This document shows positions 9,599 to 19,213 of a stretch of 64,000 bases of DNA, in pieces; within the stretch, counting starts at the first letter, position 1; each line of letters starts with the position of its first letter. The notes beneath the pieces are model-generated. The model had not been told where the DNA came from. It saw nothing but the letters and a program-made list of their open reading frames with translations, and searched no databases. The stretch is from a virus, in IMG/VR virus record IMGVR_UViG_3300025073_000042, positions 1 through 64,000 of that record, one strand, 5' to 3'. The translations under genes and the position numbers were made by a program.

Positions 9599-10063
9599 AT
9601 GCCGAAGCCTGATGAGAGGCCGTTGAGCGAGAGACTACCGGAACTGCTGGAACCGCCATCGGGGTTGCCTTGCGCCGCAGACGAGGCCGCGCGGGCGGAG
9701 TTGACGGTTCGCGAAGCCGCGCGCATCGTCGCCCGCCAGGAGGCCGCCGAGGCGCAGCCGGAGGTCGCGGAGCTGGAGCGACGGGCCAAAAGGCTCGTAA
9801 CCCACTCCGACTACTGCGGAATCGACTATGAGTTCCTCTGCGAGTATGCCGCCGATCTCCGCACCCACGCCGCCTCCCTCGTGGCGCTGTCTGCCGACAG
9901 GCAGGCCCTGGCCGAGGCGCGGGCGACGATTGAGCGGGTCGAGGGGATAGCCGCCGAGTGGTCTGCGGGCGATGTCCCTACCTCGCTATGCTGTCTCCAC
10001 GGTCGACTGCTCGACGCCGCCATAAGCGGCAAGATGGGTGAGCCCCCATGTCCGCCTTCTTGA
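9599..10063 (+). CDS. hypothetical protein
   Basis: ATG after GGAGGTGAGG. Confidence 0.55.
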   Translation: MPKPDERPLSERLPELLEPPSGLPCAADEAARAELTVREAARIVARQEAAEAQPEVAELERRAKRLVTHSDYCGIDYEFLCEYAADLRTHAASLVALSADRQALAEARATIERVEGIAAEWSAGDVPTSLCCLHGRLLDAAISGKMGEPPCPPS

Positions 10064-10229
10064 TCTGGCGCCCCGGCCGCCGTCCGAGGATCGGCGTCTC
10101 CGCGAGCCGCTCCGTCGGCTGTCTGGTCGTGTTGGGGATCGTGGCGTTCGTGGTCTATGCCGTCGTCAGCTTCGCGCTCAGTCCGGCCACGCCGGCGGAG
10201 TTCCTGAGCGGCGCGGCGCTCCTGTCCCC

Positions 10230-10258
10230 TTGACGCCGCGTTAGCCACGGAGTAGAAT
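10230..10258 (+). promoter_or_regulatory. sigma70 promoter for the ParB/PAPS-reductase module
   Basis: TTGACG-17 bp-TAGAAT. Confidence 0.7.
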
Positions 10259-10372
10259 GCCCGCGTAGGCTCGCACCTCTCTCGTTGGAGCAGCCGCCTG
10301 CCGGGATCGGACTGGATACCCGCCACGGTGGACGGCTGCGACGCTAACAACCTCTCGGAGGTCCCTGATGCG

Positions 10373-10960
10373 ATGGCCGATGACTTCACAGAGACCTTGC
10401 CACTCGCCGACCTTCACGAGCACCCTGGCAACCTCCGGCGTCACGGCGACCGTCAGCTCGCCATCCTCAAAGACCGCTTCCTGAAGCACGGTTGGTATCG
10501 CACCGGGACCGTCGCCCGCTGGCAGGGGATGCTGACCATTCTCTGCGGACACGGCATCACGGCCGCCGCGAAACTGGCCGGCGCGGTTGACGGTCCGTAC
10601 CATGTCCGCGAGATCGACCCCGACTCTCGCGAGGCCCTGGACATCATGCGCGGCGACAACCTTTCCGATGACCTCGCGGAGGACGACGAGACGGCGATGT
10701 TGACTTGGCTCGTCGAGCAGCGCGAGGCGGGCGAACTGGCCGGCTCGGGGATCGACGATGAGGCGTTGGCGGAACTGCTGAGGGCGACGGAGGTGCCGTA
10801 CTCCCCGAACCTCACCCCCGACCTGCAACAGCGCGAGTACAGCGACGAGGACGTGGCGCACGGCCAAGAGAAACTCGACGGGCAGTACACCAAGGGCAAA
10901 GAACTCGAAGCGATCATCTGCCCGAAGTGCGGAGAGGAGTTCTACCTTGACGCCGGATGA
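10373..10960 (+). CDS. ParB/Sulfiredoxin-like N-terminal domain protein with C-terminal zinc knuckle
   Basis: L.EHPGN.R.H...L...GW, ILCGHG..AA..G, DN; C-terminal CPKCG. Confidence 0.75.
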   Translation: MADDFTETLPLADLHEHPGNLRRHGDRQLAILKDRFLKHGWYRTGTVARWQGMLTILCGHGITAAAKLAGAVDGPYHVREIDPDSREALDIMRGDNLSDDLAEDDETAMLTWLVEQREAGELAGSGIDDEALAELLRATEVPYSPNLTPDLQQREYSDEDVAHGQEKLDGQYTKGKELEAIICPKCGEEFYLDAG

Positions 10961-11447
10961 GGCGGCCATCGAGTTGGCCCGGTTGATCCTGGAATGTGCG
11001 GCTGAGGCTGACCGGCTTCCGCCAGAGTATGAGGACCTGCGCCAGAAGCTCACGGCGCTCCGCGAGCGTGTGAAACGGCAGCCGCAGGCCCTCACTCCCG
11101 AACGGGTCTCCGAGGCCCTGAGGCAGCATGAGTGGGTCTTCGCAAAGACGATGGCGAACAACCCACACGAGTACACGCTCCGGGCCGGATGGCGGGATGA
11201 CGCCCTCTTCGACGCGGTGGTGCTGTCGATCCGGCGACTGGGCTACCAGAGCCGCTTCGGGGGCCGCGCGTATACGTACTTTGACTTCGACGGGTACTGC
11301 TGCTGGACGATGGGGAACCCGGTATCAGAGACGACGCTCATCAACCGGAAGAAGCTCGCGGGCTACATGCCGGACGAGGTACAGGCCCTGCTGGAGAAGT
11401 GCAAGCGCCGAGACGCTGAGCGGAAACATGGAGCCTTGCGAGGTTAG
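10947..11447 (+). CDS. conserved hypothetical protein
   Basis: WVFAKTM.NNPHEYT...YFDFDGY.CWTMG.P...T.LINR. Confidence 0.65.
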   Translation: MTPDEAAIELARLILECAAEADRLPPEYEDLRQKLTALRERVKRQPQALTPERVSEALRQHEWVFAKTMANNPHEYTLRAGWRDDALFDAVVLSIRRLGYQSRFGGRAYTYFDFDGYCCWTMGNPVSETTLINRKKLAGYMPDEVQALLEKCKRRDAERKHGALRG

Positions 11448-11910
11448 TCCTGCTAACCTGTCTGAGGTCGCCAGCATCTTGCAACGGGCGCACTGGCCCG
11501 TCGCCGAACGCCTCGGGATGACGCGGGAGACGAACCCGACACACCCGGCCTTTCAGGATACGCAAAGCCTCGCCCGCCTCGTCAAGCGCGAACGCTCAAA
11601 GCTGTTCGTCTTCGTGAAGGCCGGGGAGACGGTAGGCTGTGGGGGGTATGCTCCGGTACAGCGGGACGGGAAGGCGGCGTGGATCAAGCGGGTGGCGGTC
11701 CTACCCGAGCATCAACGGAAGGGGTACGGAGTGCGGATCGTGCGGCTGTTAGAGGGTATGATGCGGGAAGCCGGGTATGAGAAGGCCTCTCTGCTATGCT
11801 TGACCGCCAATCGGCAGATCGCGGGCTTCTACCGCCGCCTGGGTTATGCGGTAGACGGACGCAGTGGACGGGGACTGTATCGCTGGACGCGCATGAGCAA
11901 GGCACTCTGA
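11428..11910 (+). CDS. GNAT family acetyltransferase
   Basis: IKRVAVLPEHQRKGYG acetyl-CoA motif; N...GFYRRLGY. Confidence 0.85.
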   Translation: MEPCEVSPANLSEVASILQRAHWPVAERLGMTRETNPTHPAFQDTQSLARLVKRERSKLFVFVKAGETVGCGGYAPVQRDGKAAWIKRVAVLPEHQRKGYGVRIVRLLEGMMREAGYEKASLLCLTANRQIAGFYRRLGYAVDGRSGRGLYRWTRMSKAL

Positions 11911-13040
11911 TGAAAATCTACCTCCGGCACAACGTCTTCGACGCCGCCCTCGCCCGCATCCGGTGGCTGTTCGACGAGTTCCCGAACGTGATCGTGAACT
12001 TCTCCGGCGGCAAGGACAGCACGGTGATCTTCAACCTCGCATTGATCGTGGCGCGGGAGCGGGGCCGCTTGCCGCTGCCCGTCTTCTTCATCGACCAGGA
12101 GGCGGAGTGGCAGACAGTCGTTGACTATATCCGCACCGTGATGAACCGGCCTGAGGTCAAGCCGCTGTGGCTCCAGGTGCCCTACCGCTACACGCACGCG
12201 ACCTCTAACGCTCAGCAGTACTTCTACCCGTGGGAGCCGGACAAGCAGTGGATACGGGCCAAGGAGCCCAACAGCATCCACGAGAATACCTTCGGCACGG
12301 ACCGCTTCGCGGCGCTGTTCGGCGGCTACCTGAAGACGGAGTTCCCGAAGCAGCGCGTCTCCCGCCTCGCCGGAGTCCGCTGCGAGGAGAGCCCGGCTCG
12401 CCGCGCGGGGCTGACGCGGGGGAACGTCCTGAAAGGCGTCACCTGGGGACGCACCGAAGGCGACCCGAAGCACCACTTCGTCTTCTACCCGATCTACGAT
12501 TGGTCGGTGATGGACGTATGGAAGGCTATCCACGACCACGGATGGGCCTACTGCAGCCTGTACGATGTGATGTACCAGCACGGCATTCCAACGGCCCGGA
12601 TGCGCGTCAGCAGCATCAACCATGAGACGGCTGTCACTACGCTTCGCTATCTGCAGGAGGTAGAGGGCCAGACATGGAACGCCGTCACTAAGCGCCTGTC
12701 AGGCGTGAACGCCGTCAATCAGATGCAGGCCTCCTGGTTCAGGCCGAAGGACCTGCCGTCGATGTTCGTAGACTGGCGGGAGTACCGCGACCACCTGCTC
12801 GTCAACCTCGTGACCGATGACGAGGTGAGGCGACGGTTCAGGAAACAGTTCGAGGCCGGGGAGCGTGCGATAGCAGACCAGTATCATCCTGAACTCTGGA
12901 AGCATCAGGTAGGGTGCATCTTGGTTGACGACTTCGAGGGTGTGAAGTGGTCAACGTGGATAGCGGCTCACCAAGGATGGCAACGGGCGAGGCAGCCCGG
13001 CGGTCACCGTTACCGCGAGAAGCGGAGGGCCGTCGCATGA
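11910..13040 (+). CDS. PAPS-reductase family protein (IbrA/YbdN/DUF3440-like)
   Basis: NFSGGKDS PP-loop, FIDQEAEW, GVRCEES..R, YPIYDW...DVW, MRVSS. Confidence 0.85.
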   Translation: MKIYLRHNVFDAALARIRWLFDEFPNVIVNFSGGKDSTVIFNLALIVARERGRLPLPVFFIDQEAEWQTVVDYIRTVMNRPEVKPLWLQVPYRYTHATSNAQQYFYPWEPDKQWIRAKEPNSIHENTFGTDRFAALFGGYLKTEFPKQRVSRLAGVRCEESPARRAGLTRGNVLKGVTWGRTEGDPKHHFVFYPIYDWSVMDVWKAIHDHGWAYCSLYDVMYQHGIPTARMRVSSINHETAVTTLRYLQEVEGQTWNAVTKRLSGVNAVNQMQASWFRPKDLPSMFVDWREYRDHLLVNLVTDDEVRRRFRKQFEAGERAIADQYHPELWKHQVGCILVDDFEGVKWSTWIAAHQGWQRARQPGGHRYREKRRAVA

Positions 13041-13723
13041 GAGACACGCTGACGAAGTGGATCCAGGCGCAGGCCGATCCGCTCGCCGCCATCGAGCAGG
13101 TCCGCGAGTGGCTGAGCGAGCTACATCCCTGCGCCGCCTCTCCGGTTGACCTTGTGCGGTGGATATCGTTGGAGAAGGTTGAGCCCAACGACTACAACCC
13201 GAACTCCGTCGCGCAGATTGAGTTGGGCCTCCTGCTCACCTCGATCCTGCATGACGGCTATACGCAGCCGGTCGTCACGATCTACGATGAGGAACGGGAC
13301 CGCTACGTGATCGTGGTTGGGTTTCACAGGTACTACGTAATGCTACAGAACCAGCAGGTGCGCGAGTCAACCGGTGGCCTGCTCCCCTGCGTCGTGATCC
13401 GCAAGACCATAGCCGAACGCATGACCTCTACTGTCCGGCACAACCGGGCGCGCGGAAAGCACGGCGTCGCCGGGATGTCCGCGATGGTCTTCCGAATGCT
13501 AGACGAGGGAATGACTGACGCGCAGGTCTGCAACGAGCTTGGCATGGAGCCCGAGGAACTGCTACGGCTGAAGCATATTACCGGCTTCTCGAAGCTGTTT
13601 GCCGACCGGGAGTACAACCGCGCCTGGGTCTCGCGTAGTCAGATCATCGTCAAGCAGAAGGCCGCTGAGGAAGGCCCTGTGTTCGACGAGATAGCCGCAG
13701 TGCAAGAGGCCCTCCGTGGCTGA
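13037..13723 (+). CDS. ParB-like protein (IbrB/YbdM-like)
   Basis: NDYNPNSVA..E..LL..SI..DGYTQPVV, GFHRY, STVRHNRARGKH, C-terminal HTH. Confidence 0.85.
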   Translation: MRDTLTKWIQAQADPLAAIEQVREWLSELHPCAASPVDLVRWISLEKVEPNDYNPNSVAQIELGLLLTSILHDGYTQPVVTIYDEERDRYVIVVGFHRYYVMLQNQQVRESTGGLLPCVVIRKTIAERMTSTVRHNRARGKHGVAGMSAMVFRMLDEGMTDAQVCNELGMEPEELLRLKHITGFSKLFADREYNRAWVSRSQIIVKQKAAEEGPVFDEIAAVQEALRG

Positions 13724-14075
13724 CAACGCGCCGGAGCCGACCTGGGCCGACAAGGCCCGCGCCCTCCACGCCGAGGGCGTCGCCGGCTTCCTCGAAATCG
13801 CGCGCATCGTCGGGGCCTCGGAGGACGAGGTGCGCCTCGCGGTGAACCCCGCCGATGCCGTCGGCCTGCACGTCGCCGGGCTGCGCGCCGATCTCGCGCA
13901 CTACGCCCGCATCGCTATCAAGGCCGAGCAGGCCAATCCGCCGGACGTGAAGACCGCCCTGCGCGCCCGGCAGAAGGCCTCGGAACTGCGCCGCGAGATC
14001 CGGGACGCTCTCGGGGCCTACGACCCGAATGCCCCGCGCGCCAAGATCGCGGCCGCCCAAGCGCCCCCAGCGTGA
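13716..14075 (+). CDS. hypothetical protein, HTH-like N-terminus
   Basis: FLEIARIVGASE; lies upstream of the terminase genes. Confidence 0.5.
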   Translation: MADNAPEPTWADKARALHAEGVAGFLEIARIVGASEDEVRLAVNPADAVGLHVAGLRADLAHYARIAIKAEQANPPDVKTALRARQKASELRREIRDALGAYDPNAPRAKIAAAQAPPA

Positions 14076-14085
14076 GGCCACAGAG

Positions 14086-14655
14086 ATGAGCACCCGCGAC
14101 CTGCTGCCCTCTACCCCGATGCCGCTCGCCCCAACCCTTGACGCCTCCCTCCTGGAGTCCGAGATCGCCGCCTGCGCCTGCGGCTGCGCCGCCCTGGACC
14201 TCGAAGTGGACGAGTGCCAGCCCGACCCCGAACGCGGCCGCCCCTGCCGCCTCGCCGTCTTCCTCGAGTGCCTGTCCACGACGGGACACGACGCCGTGGC
14301 CGCCGAGCGCGCCAGCATCAACCCCGCGACCGTCGAAGCTTGGATCGCCGCCGGCGAAGCCCCCGACGCCCCCGAGCCGCTCGCCGCCTTCGCCTTGGCC
14401 GCCCGCCGCGCCCGCGCCAAGTCCGAGGAGGCCGTCCTGATCGCCGCCAAGGCCCAGAGCCTCGACGACGGACGCCTCGGGCTCGACTACCTGCGGACCA
14501 CGCACCCCGATCGCTACGCCGACCGCCGCGGCAAGGGCGTCGAAGTCAACGTCGCCACAGTCCAGCAGACCTTCGACCCCGCGGCCGTCGTTCGGAACCT
14601 CAAGAACTTCGCCCGGCGAGAGGGGTTGATCGTGGAGGCGGACAGCGATGGGTAG
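14086..14655 (+). CDS. putative terminase small subunit
   Basis: HTH-like AAERASINPATVEAWI; immediately 5' of TerL. Confidence 0.55.
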   Translation: MSTRDLLPSTPMPLAPTLDASLLESEIAACACGCAALDLEVDECQPDPERGRPCRLAVFLECLSTTGHDAVAAERASINPATVEAWIAAGEAPDAPEPLAAFALAARRARAKSEEAVLIAAKAQSLDDGRLGLDYLRTTHPDRYADRRGKGVEVNVATVQQTFDPAAVVRNLKNFARREGLIVEADSDG

Positions 14656-16405
14656 GCTCCGCCCCGCCGTCTACCAGTCCGACGGCTGGGAATCCGCCGT
14701 CGCCAGACTCCTGCGGCCCGACCCCGACTCCCCCACGGGTGTCTGCGACATCCCGAGCGTCGAGCAGTTCATCGCCGACCCCTTCTACTTGGGCGATCTC
14801 GTCGAGCCCGTCCCCGCCCAGGTCGACGTGCTCAAGACCATCTTCGACCCCGCCGCCTTGACCTACAACGAGGTCGGCCTCGCCTGCGGACTCGGCTGGG
14901 GCAAGGGCACCGCCATCTCCATCGCCCTGCCCTACATGGTCTACCGCCTGCTCTGCCTCGCCGATCCATCCGCCTTCTACGGCCTCGCCCCCGGCTCGCG
15001 CATCGGCCTGATGAACTTCTCCGTCACCGCCACCCAGGCCAAGGAAGTCCTGTTCGAGGACGTGGCCGCCCGCATCGACGAGTCGCCAGCCTTTCAACGG
15101 CTCGGCTTTCGACGCGACAAGCGCGTCCGCTCCCGGATCGTCTGGCCCGAAGCCGGTATCGCCATCGTGCCCGGCAACAGCCGCGCCACCTCCGGCCTCG
15201 GACGCAACATCCTCGCCGCCTGCGTGGACGAGTGCTCCTGGTTCCCCCGCGTCCTCTCCCGGCGCATCATCGCCGGCGAAGAGGAAGCCGGCGAGATCGA
15301 CGCCGCCCGCAGCCTCTCGGAAGCGATCCACGAGCGCACCCGCACGCGCGGGAACTCGCGCTGGAAACGCGACTCCATCGTCTTCAACATCTCCTCCCCG
15401 CGCTCGCAGGCCGACTGGATTCAGGAGCTGCGCCGGCAGGCCGAGGCCGGCGCGCCGAACATCCTGTACCTCAACAGCCCGACGTGGGAGGGCTACCCGG
15501 GCTTGATGCTCTGCGGGGAGGTTTTTCAGGACGAGGTGTGCGGCGCGGTCCCCATCGAGTTCCAGGAGGATTTCCGCCGCAACCCCGAACGCGCCCGCCG
15601 CAACTTGGGAGCCATCGCCCCCGAGCGATACAGCGGCTTCTTCGCCGACGCGGCGGCCGTCGAACGCTGCTTCGACCCCACACTCCCGAACTGCCTGGAG
15701 GCCATCGAGACCGACCGCGGAACCGTCCTGCATCGCGTAAAGCTCGACGCCCGCGGCAAGCCGAACGTGCCCTACTACATCCACGTGGACCTTGCCCTGC
15801 GGCGCGACGCCTGTGGTTTCGCCCTCTGCCACGGCGAGGGGAACAACGTCGTCTGCGACGGCTGGGCCCGCATCCGCGCCCGCGACTTCCACGAGAACGA
15901 GATCGACCTGGACGTGCCGGTTCGACTCATCACCGCCCTCAAGGCTCAGGGCTTCCAGGTCGCCGCCAGCTACGACGGCTACCAGTCGGCCCACAGCATT
16001 CAGATGCTGCGCCAAGCGCAGGTGCCCTGCAAGACCTACTCCGTCGATCGCGGCACCCAAGCCTACGACACCCTGCTCGACCTCGTGACCCAGGGCCGCC
16101 TCAAGCTCCCCGAGTGCGACGTGCTGCTCGCCGAGCTGCTGGGTCTGGAGTACGACCAGGCCAAGGGCAAGGTCGATCACAGCCTCTCCGGGAGCAAGGA
16201 TCTCGCAGACGCCCTCGCCGGTGCCGCGTTCCACGTCATCGCCTTGGGGATGCAGCGCGTCGAGACCGGCGCCTCCGCCTCGAAGATCAGCGCCCTGCCC
16301 GGGGGGCTCGACGAGCGTATCTCTGGACGCATGGCCGAGATCGAGCGCAAGGCCCAGGAGGCCTTCGAGCGGATGCAAGAGCGGCTCGGGCAGAAGGCGT
16401 CGTAG
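14648..16405 (+). CDS. terL: terminase large subunit
   Basis: Walker A-like GLGWGKGT, Walker B CVDE, ISSP coupling motif, nuclease motifs IHVDLA..D, YDGYQS, KVDH..GSKDLADA. Confidence 0.9.
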   Translation: MGRLRPAVYQSDGWESAVARLLRPDPDSPTGVCDIPSVEQFIADPFYLGDLVEPVPAQVDVLKTIFDPAALTYNEVGLACGLGWGKGTAISIALPYMVYRLLCLADPSAFYGLAPGSRIGLMNFSVTATQAKEVLFEDVAARIDESPAFQRLGFRRDKRVRSRIVWPEAGIAIVPGNSRATSGLGRNILAACVDECSWFPRVLSRRIIAGEEEAGEIDAARSLSEAIHERTRTRGNSRWKRDSIVFNISSPRSQADWIQELRRQAEAGAPNILYLNSPTWEGYPGLMLCGEVFQDEVCGAVPIEFQEDFRRNPERARRNLGAIAPERYSGFFADAAAVERCFDPTLPNCLEAIETDRGTVLHRVKLDARGKPNVPYYIHVDLALRRDACGFALCHGEGNNVVCDGWARIRARDFHENEIDLDVPVRLITALKAQGFQVAASYDGYQSAHSIQMLRQAQVPCKTYSVDRGTQAYDTLLDLVTQGRLKLPECDVLLAELLGLEYDQAKGKVDHSLSGSKDLADALAGAAFHVIALGMQRVETGASASKISALPGGLDERISGRMAEIERKAQEAFERMQERLGQKAS

Positions 16406-16449
16406 CAGCCGTGCCAGAAAGCCCCAAGAATGCGCGTTTGTTGGGCTTT

Positions 16450-16513
16450 GCAGTCAAGCAGTCAAGCACACAAGCAGTCAAGCACACAAGCAGTCAAGCA
16501 CACAAGCAGTCAA
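16450..16513. repeat. tandem octamer array GCA(GT/CA)CAA x8
   Basis: GCAGTCAA GCAGTCAA then (GCACACAA GCAGTCAA)x3. Confidence 0.95.
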
Positions 16514-16531
16514 CAGAGAGGATCCACCCCC

Positions 16532-16957
16532 ATGCGACCCCTGCACATCTACATCGCCGGCCCCTACACTGCTCCGACTCCCGACGAGGTCGAAGCCAAC
16601 GTCATGGCTGCCGACCTCATCGCCCGTGAGTTGGCGGCCAAAGGGCACTTCCCGTTCTGCCCACATCGGCAATCGCACGGCTGGGAGCGCGACGGCCGCT
16701 TCGGCTACGAGGACTACCTGCGGATCGACCTCGCGTGGCTTGGACGCTGCGATGCGCTGTTCCTGGTGGGCCGGTCGCCAGGCGCAGATCGCGAGGTTAC
16801 GGAAGCCGAACGCCTTGGGCTGGCTGTCTGGACCCGGATCGAGGACGTGCCGCCGGCAGACGAAGAGCATGAGCCGTTGTTCGACTTGATGGAGGCAACG
16901 GCCAGCCGAATGCTGGCCTACGACGATGCTATGGCTCGTGAACATATCTTAGACTGA
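16532..16957 (+). CDS. DUF4406 / nucleoside 2-deoxyribosyltransferase-like protein
   Basis: IYIAGPY, GH.P.CPH, DL.WL.RCDA.F, SPGA.RE. Confidence 0.75.
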   Translation: MRPLHIYIAGPYTAPTPDEVEANVMAADLIARELAAKGHFPFCPHRQSHGWERDGRFGYEDYLRIDLAWLGRCDALFLVGRSPGADREVTEAERLGLAVWTRIEDVPPADEEHEPLFDLMEATASRMLAYDDAMAREHILD

Positions 16958-17074
16958 CCATGCGCGAGGCGTCTGTGATGCCGCCAGCGGGTTCGCTGAA
17001 GCCTCATTGAGCCTTGAAGTGGGGCAAGGAGGCCAAGGCGAGGTTCCAGGCCCGTAGAATGCCCCACAGACGCC

Positions 17075-17103
17075 TTGACGCGCGGGGCGGGATGTGGTAG
17101 GGT
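17075..17103 (+). promoter_or_regulatory. putative sigma70 promoter
   Basis: TTGACG-17 bp-TAGGGT with TG extension. Confidence 0.45.
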
Positions 17104-17562
17104 GATGGGCGATGGTCGGCGCAGCACGGACGGACCCCCGCAGAGCCTGAAAGGACGCTCCAGACACTTCGCGAAAACCCCATAAAGCCCCAAACGACAG
17201 CCTTTCCTGAAGCAGAGGAAAAGCGAGGAAACCTCGCGGAAACCTCATTTTGCCCGTAGGATAGCCTGCCTGCCGCACAGCGCAGGCATTCCTCGGCTCT
17301 TTAGGCGGGCGCGCGGGCGCGCGATCACGCGCGACCCCCACACTTAGCGGAAACCTATCTGCCAACCAACCGCGAATACCCCAAAAGCCCGTCGTTGCAA
17401 CGAAAATGGCCTATATACATGAGGCGATTTTTGCGAAAACCAAGTTTTCTAGTTTGCCGCTACTGGTGTGGAATGCCGAGATTTGAACGCGGATCGGGTT
17501 TTCGTCATGGCGCCCGACTGTGGAGCCGTGCCACCAGCGCCCATCGGGGGTCATCGAACCGC

Positions 17563-17591
17563 TTGACGGCGCGTTGCCAGTGTGGTAGGAT
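17563..17591 (+). promoter_or_regulatory. putative sigma70 promoter
   Basis: TTGACG-17 bp-TAGGAT with TG extension. Confidence 0.65.
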
Positions 17592-17780
17592 GGTCGGCGA
17601 ACCCTCGCACGGGTCACACGCAGTACGTCGCTCGCGTCGTTGCCGGAGAATCGATGAAGCTGTTCGTAGCCACCCAGCCGCGGCGCGGTGGTTTTCGATC
17701 TTCGGATGAGTCGTTCCCCGGCCGTGGCTCCATGCCACGCGCCGGGGAGCGGCGGGCGACGAACAGGGAGGAGCCTTGCC

Positions 17781-17978
17781 ATGATCGACGCGCGGCTGTT
17801 GCCGGCTGACGTGATAGCGCAGATGCAGGCGACGGTTAGTGCCTGCGGGATCGCCTTTTCCGGGTCGGACGAGGAGCCGAACTCGGTGGAGGTTGTGTGC
17901 AACGCGGCGACCGAGGCGGCGGCCGAGGTGTTGAAGCTCTACGCGCAGGCGTGGCTCGATCACCTGCGGGGTGAGTGA
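17781..17978 (+). CDS. hypothetical protein
   Basis: ATG after GGGAGGAG. Confidence 0.55.
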   Translation: MIDARLLPADVIAQMQATVSACGIAFSGSDEEPNSVEVVCNAATEAAAEVLKLYAQAWLDHLRGE

Positions 17979-18418
17979 TGATCCGCCCCCTCCTCGCCGC
18001 GCTCGACCGCCTGATCTTCGTGCAGCCGCTCCTGGCCCGCGATGCCGAGGGCCGCTACGTCTCCCCCGCTGGCCGGGCGTACCGCGTGACCGTCGAGCCC
18101 CAGCCTGGCGCGGAGGCCGTGATCCTGGTTATGCTGCACGGCGCTCCCTGCGTGCCGAATACGTTTATCAACCACTTGCAGGTCCGTGTGGAGGCGAAGC
18201 CCGCCGCGATCGATGCGGCAATCCGCGAACTGCTGTCGCGGGCCGACGCGGCTGAGGCGCGGTTCACGGCGGTGAAGGCGCAGTTCGACTGGGAGGCGTT
18301 GACGACGCCGCCGCCCGAAGAAGAGCCTTTGCCCGCGGGTCTGCGCGAGGCGGTCCTATCTGGCTCGCCGTGGTCGGAGGAGCCGGCCGACTTCGAGACG
18401 GAAGCGAGAGAGGAGTGA
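17975..18418 (+). CDS. hypothetical protein
   Basis: coupled ORF. Confidence 0.6.
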   Translation: MMIRPLLAALDRLIFVQPLLARDAEGRYVSPAGRAYRVTVEPQPGAEAVILVMLHGAPCVPNTFINHLQVRVEAKPAAIDAAIRELLSRADAAEARFTAVKAQFDWEALTTPPPEEEPLPAGLREAVLSGSPWSEEPADFETEAREE

Positions 18419-18424
18419 TTCCAG

Positions 18425-19138
18425 ATGGCGATGGAAGTCTGGTTCGAGGTCGCGTCCGGCGAAGTGCAGCAGCAGGCGCAGGCGCTCATCGCCGAGCACT
18501 ACGCGCACGCCTACGGCGAGCAGCACGTCACAGCCGTTTTCCGGCACGCCGCCTACAGCGATAAGGGCGTCTGCCAGGACTGGCAGGCGGGAGGCGTCCG
18601 GACCCTCGGCAAGTGGGTGAAGGTCTCCGAGCAGTGGAAATGCCTAATGGTCGAGCCTGCGCCGGACATCGTGATCCTGCTCAACTACGAGGCGTGGGAA
18701 GAACTGACCTCAGCCCAGCGCACGGCGCTGCTCGATCACGAGTTGTACCACGGCGTCCAGCGCGCCCACGACATCGGGGAGTTCGGGGAGATCCTCGAAC
18801 GGCGCGGCGACTACCTGAGCCACATCGCGCTACACTTGCCGGCCGACGCTGACCTGCCGCTGAGCGACCCGGAGACCGGCGAGCCTCTCGCGCACGACGA
18901 AGTCGCGGCGGAGCGGGCGCGTGCCGCAGAGCGCCTCGCCGCCGATCCGGCCTTCCGCCGGGCGGCCCGTGACCTCTGCCCGCAGGACGGGGACGGCATC
19001 GAGTCGGTGACGCTCAGCTCGCCGGGGCACGAGCCCGTCGTGCTGACCGGCGAGACGCGGAAGAAGCTCGATCCGATCTTCGACCGTCCAGACTTGGTGG
19101 CTGACGCCAAGCGCAAACTTGGACGGGGGGTCGCGTGA
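18425..19138 (+). CDS. putative phage metallopeptidase
   Basis: ALLDHELYH (HExxH) then HDIGEF..I..R.G. Confidence 0.75.
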   Translation: MAMEVWFEVASGEVQQQAQALIAEHYAHAYGEQHVTAVFRHAAYSDKGVCQDWQAGGVRTLGKWVKVSEQWKCLMVEPAPDIVILLNYEAWEELTSAQRTALLDHELYHGVQRAHDIGEFGEILERRGDYLSHIALHLPADADLPLSDPETGEPLAHDEVAAERARAAERLAADPAFRRAARDLCPQDGDGIESVTLSSPGHEPVVLTGETRKKLDPIFDRPDLVADAKRKLGRGVA

Positions 19139-19153
19139 ATAGCGAGTGATCTC

Positions 19154-19182
19154 TTGACAATCCGCGCCCTGCGTAGCACAAT
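19154..19182 (+). promoter_or_regulatory. putative promoter upstream of portal
   Basis: TTGACA-17 bp-CACAAT. Confidence 0.55.
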
Positions 19183-19213
19183 CCTCGCCGATCCCTCCCT
19201 GAGGTGACGGCCC

